Part shown: piece after piece, positions 12,601 through 24,600 of the stretch | Position numbering within the stretch: position 1 is the first letter of the stretch | Layout of the letters: the number at the start of each line of letters is the position of its first letter | NCBI GenBank assembly: GCA_002633005.1 | Contig: NMRA01000388.1 | Span: 284,616 to 348,615, forward strand | DNA: 64,000 nt | Reading direction: 5' to 3' | Origin: Phoronis australis | Lineage: Eukaryota; Animalia; Phoronida | Translations under genes and position numbers: made by a program | Notes under the pieces: generated by a model | What the model saw: only the letters and a program-made list of their open reading frames with translations | What the model was told of the DNA's origin: nothing | Databases searched by the model: none

Positions 12601-15600
12601 TCCTCAGCCGAGTTGTTATCAGCTGTAACCGCATTCATATTTACATATTAAGATGTTTCAAAAGGAGATAAAAACATTCAGCGATGACGTTTACTTTACA
12701 AAGACCAGCACTTACATTCTGCATTCTTGAGATCCAGCGATGCCCCTAAAATATAACAACGGAATACATTCAAAATCAAAACACTCATTGTGAAAAGAGA
12801 TAAAATGAAAGAAAGACGCAGAATGTCTTACTTAGAAAAGATTTTAAAAACGCATTGTGTTACTGAAAGCGATACATAGTGCAGGTACACATTGGCTGCA
12901 CCAAGTGAACCGGCTAATGTAAAACATCTATTAAATAGTTTGTTCGTCACACAACGTCATCGAGAGCCCGGATGAATCGCTGGAATGCAGCCATTCAATT
13001 TTTGCTAATTTTATGACATAGTAAAGTAGAAAGGACGTAAAGAACCTCACGCAAACGTCGACCAAGCCATACCAGTTCCAGTCACAACGCTACACAACAG
13101 GCAGTCCACGAAATTGCTTTTTCATGCACAACATTTTAACAAACAAAAACTCAACCATATGCACAGTGTAAGGTTTACCTCAGTTAAGCATCACATTCTA
13201 TATGAGGTAAAATAACTTTTAATTTTTCCATTTTTAAAGGAGCACACGCAATCTAGGGTATGATACCCGTATTTAAGCAGTGTGTTCTTGGGTCATTTTC
13301 ACCTTTTTAGGAACAATTCGCCTTTAGGCAAAGTCTTTTCATTCTTCGACCAGTTATTTTGTGGCTACACAGGCGCGCACTTCTAAGACAAAGAAAACCC
13401 CCAAGTCTTTCAAGATTACACGTAAATTAATACAAAAAATGCCTGACAAGGAAGGTAAATTGCACAGTGGATTTAACTTTGTTGCCACAAGAATGGTGAA
13501 GCTACTTTGTCACAGATAGCCCATGATTAGAAATTTGCAATTAACCAGAAGTGATGCTTTAGTAATTTGGGAAATTTATAAATCCTTTCTGTCCTTCGTC
13601 AACACCAGCATCATCACAACCCGACGCTTTCAAAAACAACTCCCAAGTCAGAATTTCGACATCCTTTTTCGATCGTTTTAGATCAAAATTCTCTTACCAA
13701 AAAAGTATGACCAAGAATACATTCGCAAACTGGGGGTATACAGTGCAATATTTGCACCAAAATATTCTTGTATTTGTGTTCAATATTGTCTTGAAAGATA
13801 AGACAAAAGGCTAATAACCATTTGTTGGAGATAATCTATTTATTGCATGGGAATACAAGAAGTTTCTTTTTACACGGCTTACATGTATTTGAAAGACCAT
13901 AAAAATTAACAAAAAACTATTTATTTATTTATTATTGTGATATTTAAAATGAGGGTGGCCACTTCAGTGATAGCACTGCTTTCCAAGAGGGCCATCCACT
14001 TTAAACACCAACACTCAAACACATGATTTGAATTAAAATAAATAATTTAAAATAACAAGCCATTTTATTTTTTGTTCGGAAAATGTCAGAAATCTACGGA
14101 CCTCGTGAACTTGATATCGATTCCCTCGTGATCCTTGTGTGGTCTTGTGTTGACAGTGTTACTCCCGTAAGCGTCTGTGTAAAACACACCACGCATTTTT
14201 AGCAGGGTTTCACCTGTAATACAAATTACAATGACGAAATTTATAGTATTCACACATGCTGCGCCATGTTTGCTGAAAAGCCTGAGCTGTGTTTACAAAA
14301 TCCATCTTAAGCCATGTTTGAAAAGCCTGAGCCTCATTTGGTTTACATTTTATGGGCGAAAGACAAGTCGTTGAAATGGTGTCGCGTAACAGTACCGAGT
14401 CTTTATTCTTTGTGCGAAAACGGACGTTGACGCGGTCAGTACTGCAAACACTGCGAGACTGTAGGTTTGGGACCTGTGACTTAGCATGAAGAGTACGACG
14501 CGGTTTAAGTAATATTTAAATTTGCAGAACACTAAGAACTAAAATCGTCACAGGTGTAGATAAGAGATAGCTCGACAACGTTGTGTAAAAACAATTCCTT
14601 CGGTGATATACTGAAATGCAGCATCGGTTGCGCGTAATCGGCGTACAGCAGTTGTCAAATTGCGTGCATGTCCTCAGTTTGTACTGCCTTGGGCGAGTCC
14701 CCCGGTGCTACCGATTTCCATCGAGAACGTGGGATATCACGTGGAATCTATTCTGAGACGTAATGACACAAGTTTCCGTTTATTCGTAATTACGGCTTGC
14801 ACATCTCAACGTAGAGACTCTTTGGAAAGTACAGACTCCAAAAATCTCTCGACAGCACACGGTTGTTCAGTCGCACACGAGCACATCATATCAATAAAAT
14901 GTAAAGGCGATCACCCCTTTACCATTTAAGGTTATAAAAACCTTATCGGCAAGCCTATGCATTTAGCAAAAAATATCCAGAAAACTATAGACTTTAATCT
15001 CCATAAAAGTTTATATTTTTTGAAAGTAGAAAGTGTGCAGAATTTGATCCTTGACTTTTTACTAATCTGTTATGAATCGGTTCACGTGGCCATGTTTTTT
15101 CAGACAAGTTTATCAAAAAAGAAAGGTGCATTAATACCAAAACAGCGGCATCAAAAAATGATCAAATTTTGTTTGATATAAATATCAGAATCTTTGTTAC
15201 AATTTTCTAAAATGTCATTTGGTTTCGTTTTATACAACTTCAAAGATTTTTCATGAAAATCAAAAAGCTCTATTTATGATAGCCCTTCATGTAAACGTGG
15301 AACAATTCCTTACAGCATGCAAAAATATTAGTGTCTGAAAGCTTCATATGAATCCAGTCAGTCACACCTGAGATATGGTGTTCTGAAGTTAGCGGTAAAA
15401 TTCGGCTATTTTTATTGGGTTCTACACAACCTGAAATACTTCTCGTCCATTACACTGAACACTCTAAACACTACAAATGATTAAACCTTGGATTGTATTT
15501 TACACACCTCCTGCTGGTCCAGACCTTGGTAAGATGTTGTAGATGTATGGACTCAGCCATTTCTGGACCTAGAAAACGAGCAACAACACGTGAATTTAAA

Positions 15601-18600
15601 GTCACTAAAGACTTTGTCTTCATGCATCACATACTTTCCATGCATCGTTAGGAAAGACGTATATCTATACATGTTTATCTGAAGGTGCAGTATCATTGGC
15701 ATACGTTGGTCCAAGAGGTTTATACTGTGTTAATGGGCACACTGTTTCATAGAGTATGTATCAAGGATTAGATTATTTCTAACTTTAATAACAAATGACT
15801 AGGTTCTACGAAGACAAAAAAGCTCTGTAAAAAGATTTCGAGCCCCACAACAATCATTCTGGGGGCTAACCCCCGCAGCATTCCTTAGATGTTTTTTTTT
15901 CAATGTATTTGTTTGATATTCTCGTTGCAGGAATTAATTCATTTGGTGTATATACATGTAAGCGCACGCATGTGTGTGCGCGAATGCTACTCAGCGTTTT
16001 ATACACGTAATAAGAAAACGTGTTACGTGAAAATCTTGCATTTTCTCTTGTGCACTAATGCCAGTTGCAATGTTAACCAAAAATCTGGAGGTTCAAATTG
16101 AAGAATTGTAGCGATACTCTAAACAGTTACTTGTTTCGTCGCCTTTAAACCATGTGAAATAGCAATTTAAATAACTTCGAAAGTGTTCTCTAACAGCAAG
16201 ACTCGACCTTGTCTATCCTCAGACAGACCTTATGTAGACTTACTGTCGTGGAAGTGGGCCCAGTATTGTGAACTATCCAAAAAAACTTGCTGAAGATTTA
16301 GACGTTCAAAGAATTACATGTCCAGCCGAATTACACAGATTAATTGTACATTCTTTGGTAGGTTAATAAGCTCCTTATTCACAATCAATGTGTATCCTAA
16401 TGTTGCTTTTTAATCAATAATGTTGAACTGTTTCCCAGGCAAATGAAACAATTTGACGCGAACAGATTTTGCAGGTAGGCGAGCACGACGAGTAAAAACA
16501 TGACGTTGACTTGGAACAACTGAATTTCTGTAGTAGATTGGTAACTATAAAATTAAATTCAGCATAATCTCTCACTCCAAAAAAGCTTTGCATGTATTTG
16601 ACTGAATGCAGAAATTTGCTTATCAGATTGCACAAACACTTCCAATCATTCGTCACCAAGTTTTTCAATTACTCGATCAAGAACAACCTTGAAGCAAACT
16701 GTTACAGTCGTGTTGAACTTTTTGCAGATGACGCTAGTCAAAGGTGTAAAATCTTTGCTACAATCTGATAACTTAACGAGCGGTAACATTATTTCGTCGC
16801 AAGTGGTCTTATGGCAAATATACCAACAAAACAATGAAACATAAATGTAAGCCCCTCTCTGCTCTTGTTGGAGATGGTGTACAGTCGTTTTTAAGTATTT
16901 TGCCAGAGGGGTCGAAAAGACTAAATCCGAGTGCACAATCAAAGAGCAAAAGAAAAGAGATTTTGAAGAAAATTAGACAAAACTAAAACGTATTCTTGTC
17001 ATGATGGTACGTTGACAAAATTTGGCGTTACCGAGTTCATCTTGAAAACTACTGTATGCGTCATTGTTAACCTGTTGATAAGATTTTCTTAATTTTGTTT
17101 TCGTGTACAAATGATAATAATACTCCCAGAAATTGACTTACATAGACGCGACAGGAATAAGCTGTAGGTCGGTTGTTACAGATTCTTTTGTTATGGACGT
17201 CCACCCCACGAACACGCACCCTTACATGATAAGTATCAATTTCCATTTCACTGGAAAGGAAGAATATCATTATTATTATTACACTTATTATAATCGTCCA
17301 ATGACAATGTGCCTTGTGTACGCCTGTAGGAAATTTTAAATTTCCCAGTTATTTTCGAAACAGAACGTCAACATGAGAAGAAAAGCAGATAATTCAGTAA
17401 AAAACAGCAATATGGCGCTTTAAAGGGTTTATACGTTTAACGTTTCAGTGGAATAATATATGCACATTTTCTAGGTCTTGTGTTTGCTGACCGCACAACG
17501 CATAGTCAACTGAATACACGAAATTAAGTGATAGTGGAACAAAGCTTACCAAAAATCTGAAAAAATAAATGTGCGCAGACTTGACAGCGTACAGGTCAGG
17601 AACCTGTTGCGTCGTGTGAAATTCGCCACAAATATGCTCTAGTGGCAAAAGCGATTTTCCTCTCAGAAGTATTTGCTTTTTAAGACACCGTCATCGTGTC
17701 TTTATCGTTTGCATGGTGACTTGAAATTTACAAAAAACTGCCTAGAATTCCTTTGACAGCCATAGTGCTTCGGCAGCCGAAGGTATAAGCCGCTGTGACA
17801 AGCAAACATGTTTTTTTCCAAATACGAGATCATGGACTAATATTCGGCTTCTAAGAAATGAGCTTTCAGGTGGTGGGATTCTACTATAGCCAGTGCAGCT
17901 TGGGATGAAGAAAACTACGTCAGGTCTAGTTTCATAAAAAATTCACAAAATCGTCTTTTTATGTTTCGAAACCGTATTGCGACTTAGAAGCTCTAAAATC
18001 TTGCAGTGTCTTTGGTGATGACAAATGCATGAGTCGACATAAATAGTTGTTCATTAGTTATCTTTGTTGAGAACTTTGATTAGAATATTCATTACATTTC
18101 CGCTATGTTATGCTTTAACAGAATAGTACTGATGAGTGTGATCACTATAATTTCAAGAGAATAGAATTGAAGTAAGTTCTTCTTCAAGTCCACCTTCAAC
18201 AGTAACACGCGTCAAATTTGGTTTGATACAATATCTTTTGAGCATCACTCTGTGTACAATACCATAAATTGCTACGAACGGTGAGGCTTCCTTATTTACA
18301 CTCGACTACGACGCCGTAATACTTATTAATTTTGATATTCTACTTAGACCGCTAATCGATACTTAGTGGCTTTAGCCTGTCAGTCTTTGTTCATTGGCCT
18401 CACGGTGGCGCAAGATTATCATTTTACAAACCTATTTGTGACTAATTAAATTGAATTTTCGTACCTTGCTGCAAAGTATTCGTGGGACTTCCTGGGTAAC
18501 ACAATACGCCAAATATTCATTCAAGAAAGTCTTTAAAGTAATTACGATCGGTTCATGGATTGCACGTTATTCAACTCGTACGCGGAGTAGCATGCGAAAG

Positions 18601-21600
18601 TGAGAACATGTTTTAAATGCAACTTTTTATTAATATAAACAATGAATTTCTCCACGAAATCAACACTTTGCAATTACAGGTTGGCGGACTTACACTGAGT
18701 AGCATGCGAGTTTTTCATCAGTGGAGCCCTCCTTAAGAAAGTTGCAGGGATATGACCTTGAACTTGAAACTAGTGTGATTTCATTTTCACCCGGGTTGGG
18801 ACTATCGAAGTTGCCACCAAATACCCACAGCTTCCCTGCTCCAAATCGACCGATGTGCCGAGGCTGAATTTCACTGATGTAGGGTTCATCTGCAACAAAA
18901 GGTAAATTTAACTTTTGAGACAATGGAAAACACAGTTGATTAAGAACAGAGAGATTCAAGAGGGGCATTGCCCTGAAACAATTTTGGCGAAGTTTTCAAG
19001 ACAAATCGCGAACGTCTGTTCCTTTAACGTTTCGCCCTCTGTCGTCACGTTTTAGATCCACCTGTGATCACGGAGTCAATCATAGCGAACCTGGCCGTTT
19101 GCTTTGGGAACTTTTTGTTCAAAAGAGGTCCCAGTTATAGTCTAAAGAGGGTTGAGTCGATATTCCGAACCGCTGATAGTCCGAAATGAAATTCGCGCAG
19201 GCAACAGTATGAAAAGTCGACAGTCCGAAGGGCCGGCAATGTAAAGGGCCAAAAGTCCCAAATGTTATGACCCTTTAGGTCATTTATTTATTTGCATTTT
19301 TACTCCTTTGTTGCGGGTTGAAGGTTGCTATTGCCGACATCAGAACGCCCGTCTGACAACGAATGGATATGTAGAACCCTCAGCTATATAGTTACGATCT
19401 TCGGATTGAAGCGAGATCCGTCTTCTTTCTATACTGTAAAATCATTAAACATTATTCTGAATTTATTTATCCTATTAATGAAATTTTATCACCGTCGTTT
19501 ACTTTTCCAGATTTGGACCAATGAGTTATAGACCGAAAGATTCTTAAAATTCAAAAAATAAACGAACATAGTTTGGACTATGAGCCCTTCACTCAAAAGC
19601 CTCCAAGCAGTATCATCCTTTACGAACATTCACTGATACATACATAATAGGACTAAAAACAACTAAACATTTCCTTTAGTCCCAAGGGTCAATAAACAGA
19701 GAAAAAATCGCGACATTTCGAACCATTGGCCCTTCGGATGTTTACAGTGAACAATTGGTGTACCCGACTGGTCAAAGGACGCCTATCAGTTTATACTGAC
19801 AGCACGTTCACAGCCGAACGTACATATACACCACATGCGTTGCGTTCGTAAACGGAAACGGGAAAATAATGTTTGCGCTCAGTACTATACGCATTTCCAC
19901 GCAAAACCGCGACTTTTGGGAAAATTGTGATATAATCACCTCAAAACTGTGTTGCCGCAAATTCGTTTTCCCCGTGTGTTTGCTCTCGCGACTATCTCAC
20001 AAACGATTAGCAAAGATTATTAAAAATAAAACAATTTTCGCCTGCTCGCTTTGCCAAGACGAATTCCTCAATGCATAACAGAAACAATTCATTCTTTGAA
20101 GTAAGTTCATGAGATGGAAATGGGACATTTGAATGGATACAGGTTATGGTAACCTTTACGGAGTTGCAAAAGCAACAGTTTACCCCGTTCACGAAATGCA
20201 TACTGTGGGCCTACGCGGAACCTATTATCACCGCAGTCGCAGCCGGAACAAACATGCTACATACGACACCGACCATGTGCTAAACTTGGATTTCCCAATG
20301 GAGTCGATGATAGATATCTTTGGAAGTTACATATTAATTACCGCGCCTGAAATATTGCTCTCAGATTATTTAAAATGCCATTTCGCCGTTGCTAACTAGC
20401 AGTCAATTGTGAATTCTTAACCGACTCGCTATTGGGTTTTAAAAAAATATAACCACGCTCATTCGATCTCCATATGTTGCCGAACGAGTCGGTAACTCAA
20501 AGCAACGGCAATGCGGACATGCGTCATATTTAAATGTTCGATTTTAAGATTGGTCAACCCGAATAATCTCTGAAGCGTTTGCTTGAGTCGCTGTAAGGAA
20601 TGTCACTATTCCAGTTTTACGAGAGTAAAAGGCTTTGTGCTATTTTTAGTCATCAAAACAGGGCGAAATGCCACTTTAAGCAAAAGTGGCTCGTTTATCT
20701 TTATTTGTTGTGTAGTTACTGATACTGATTATATCATAACTCGTGTAAACACAGCATGGCCTAGTCGCGTTCTTGACTCACTGTCTTTCGGAAATTTGGG
20801 GTTCGTATTGAACAACAATCTTTTGCAAAGTAAACTGAAAAGCGTGTTTGTCACGTAAAAGACACAACTTTGGTTGTTGCACGTCTTTAGGGATGGTCCA
20901 ACATGGTAGCAGCATCAACCATTTTGATAAAAGACATTCCAATGTACAGATTTTGGTCGTTTGAAAGAGGAAACAATGCTGATATCTGAAGAGATGTGAC
21001 AAAATCACAGAAATAATTTTGAAATAGCACTGTTTGCAGATCGACCCTACATTTACACCAATGCCTAAATTTAAACCTTGTACACGTGCACCAGGTATAT
21101 ATTCGCAGGTGACGTGTGGAAATTTGCATTTTCACCACACTTGAAAATGGTGTAAATATACACCCAAGACTAGCTTTACACCTGAAAGTATTTGCGTTTA
21201 CGGTGACTTAATATACACTCGACTGTAAATATTACACTTTAGTGCAAACAACATCATGTAAACGTTGCTTGGAGTCACCATAGAGTGGCGCTAAAAACTT
21301 TCCTAGCTATTGTTTGGTGCACGTGTTCTTAAATCATAACCTCATATAACCTGGTTTGACCAAAAGACCATGCATCAGTCAAAACGACGCCGTTTGCACA
21401 CTTTAGTTACATGCGATGAGCTACAACAAAAGAAGTTACATGTTAGTACAATGGACACCTTCCCGTGTGAAAAGCCGTTGTTAGGGGTCTATTTTGCTGT
21501 TTATTTTGGTTATCCATGTCTCGTACGATGTGACGTCAATGGTGGCTATTGGGGCTATTACATGTATGGCTTGACCTGTCCTTGCTGTTGATGTGACCCG

Positions 21601-24600
21601 TCCCACCGCTGGTCACTACAGTATATCCGGCACATTTGTCTGTTGGACATAAACCATTCGAGGCTCCGGCGCAAACCGGGACATCTTTTGCTACTAGTTA
21701 ACACCAGACGCAATTTAATATTAAGTCTTTTTGACAGGGTGTGCTGCTAGGAAATTAGGATATCAACCTGTTTAGAGAGATGGCATGATAAAATTAAAAA
21801 TCTTCCAGTTCAGTTTTGAGTCACTTAATAAGAATCCCACCAGAGCACGATTCAAAGGGGCCCAATTGTAGGCAGGTGTATGAACATACATTCATTCGTT
21901 GAAATTTATTCCTTTCAGTTTCAAACATATTGAGATTTCAAGTCGTATTATTTAGTAAATTAAAATTTAATTAACAAACCTTTGGATAGTCTTTTTAACA
22001 AAACGATCTCTAACTGACGGATCTCATTCTGTGTTCTAATTTGGTGTATATAAATGAAAGGATAACCGAAAAATCCTTTTTAGAGTTCTGCTGCGAAATG
22101 AATACTTCCGAACAGATCCTAGTGAACCCTTTCCGAGAGAAACAATAGAAAAATATCGCATTTGGGGAATCTTGCAGTGAAGAAACAGGCATCGGAGCGA
22201 TACATCCCCCGCCGGTTTCATGCGCGCACCCAGGGGGGGGGGGAGCTCGGGGGGCCCCAATTGTCGAAATGGGCAAAAAGCTCCGCCCCCGAGAGACAAA
22301 AAGTCCACCCGCTCTTTTGTTAGCGAATGGTCCATAACGTCGAGAATTCGAGAAATCGCAGTCAGCGGATAAGATATTCGTCACTTCGATAGAACTTTTG
22401 TAGATATTACACCAAGCAATGCCTCTTCTGTCTTTGCATACATTTAAGAACAACGGTGAAGTGAATGCAGAGAAACACGTATGAAATTGACAAATATTGC
22501 ACCAGTTAAGCAATAGCGCGACATTATTCATTTCAAATCGGATGCCTTGCAGTAAATTCATCGTTGTATGTTTCACGGATTTGTGGAGGTAAAAGTAATA
22601 GAGCATTGGCAATTCAGTCTAAATTTCTGAGTTAATCCTATTTCGATCACTGAGGTGCCAAAGGTCCACAAAAGAACGCACTGCACACAATTTGCTCTTG
22701 ACGCAGCTTCTATTTTGAGTGTTTTCTAGCTGCAAAAATGTTATCTGATTGATTTTCTTTTGTGAATTATAATAAGCTGTGTGCATGACTATGTCAAAGA
22801 CTTTTGTTCATTATTTCATTTTACCGTTTGTTGTTTGGACAGATCCAACTGTCCTCATTCGCTAAATGCAGTGCACAGAACGTTCATACTGAATCACTGC
22901 TTTCGACAGGATTGTTGCAGAATTGCTTTTGAGAGATTAGTATATTTGTTGAGAGAATGACCGATGTTTGCGAAGCGTGACTAAAAGGAGGCCATGGAAC
23001 TTAAAATACACGCACTAGATGTGGCTATTTAATTCGTATCAAATGAAGTAATGACACGTACAAGAACGTTCTTGTGTCAGCATTGTATGAAAAAAGTTTC
23101 TATGTCGATATAATAAGCATTTACGACTCGTTTTCTATGAAAGTTGATCTTGTTACAAAACGTGAAGTGTTGCGGCAGGTTGCTGTGTTCAGTTGTTACA
23201 GAAAACATAAAGGCGTACTGTTTATCCACAGAGACTTTGAATAGGGTTCACCGTCTTAAACGCGACCTGTTTCTATAGCATGGTTCCAAATTCCTACTTG
23301 CATAACTATTTGAAAACACCCATTCTTCTCGCAAAAGACATAGCGACAACTATTCAAACAATAAGCATGGTTCTATTTGGCAGCGCACAAAGCGCGCACG
23401 GAGCTATGAAACAGATTACAAAATTCATTCTTTGTGGTGAGCATATCCTCTTGAATTTCCAATTCTAACAAAGTCCTATTGTTTCGTGAATACGGAACGA
23501 CAAAGCGTCAGATAACTCCTTGATTGCAGCAGGAACAAAAACAATAAACATACAGAATTATAATTACAAAAACATTAACACAAAAGTGAGGGTATTCGTC
23601 GCATCTCAACCTTTTTTATAGTGTAGTCTGCGTGCACTAGGCGTGCATGTACATGTTTCTGATATGTGGAGCCGAATCAGCGTTATAATCAATCTGATTC
23701 GAAGGCTTATCCGAAGCGACTGGATAAATAAGTCGTGAAAAGTTATTTGAAACAGGAGCACTCATGTTACAAAGAACCCCTTTCTACTACATTGTACGGT
23801 GTTGTATCAAATGCTTGGCAGCACAATGGAGCGCAACATAAGTATACCAATTTTAAGACGTCTTTACAAAATCAGATCTGAATACCTTCACAATTGACGG
23901 TTGAGTAGGTAATCTCGGGCCTTTAAACTTCGATAAACCCGCCTTCCGTCACAAACCAACTTTTGATTAAGATTACTTAACAGTTACAAAATTGGTCTCA
24001 AATTATTCCTTAGTCAAATTAGAGGCGATGACAAGGCTTCGAGAAAACAGGCAGTTCGTCATTGCTTGCGAATAGGTTGTACAAAATGACTTGTCAGGGG
24101 GTGTCACTTTATGAGATGAACAATAGTCTCAAGCAATTGTCAGTTCTTTGCAAGCACAGTAAGGAACGAGAGGAAATCAAAGTTTTCTTCTTAGACGGAA
24201 CCCGGGTTTATAGTCGCTTTGTCATTTGTCCAGTATCAGGTTACCGGAACAACACAGCTGGTACACTCAAACCGTAGTTCCACACGTGCTCAATAAACTC
24301 AGTTCACCGACTCGCAATTACCGGTTCATAAATATGGCGAACTCGCTAAGCACGGCTAACCTAGCTCCCGACGGACTCACAAACAATCGTAGGTTTGTAA
24401 TGCAAATCTTTTACTGGAAGTGTCATCACAACGGCGATTGGCGAAATCAAGAAAAACAAGGAAATTTGCAACCAGTCAAAAATGACACCACTGTCACTAT
24501 TATTGTACGAAATTCATGGTTAAGTTGAGTGACGGATATCTTAATATCTTATTTATCTGCATGCAATCAGAGAGATCAATATTTTTAAGAGTTTCGTTCT

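Noticed and set aside
16243-16290. AG...GTAAGT-bounded minus-strand candidate exon
   Set aside because: It would break the frame between exons 3 and 4 and shows no family similarity.
22010-22612. 200-aa minus-strand ORF in intron 1
   Set aside because: No recognisable domain, spans a G-run repeat-like segment, and is not needed for the spliced frame.
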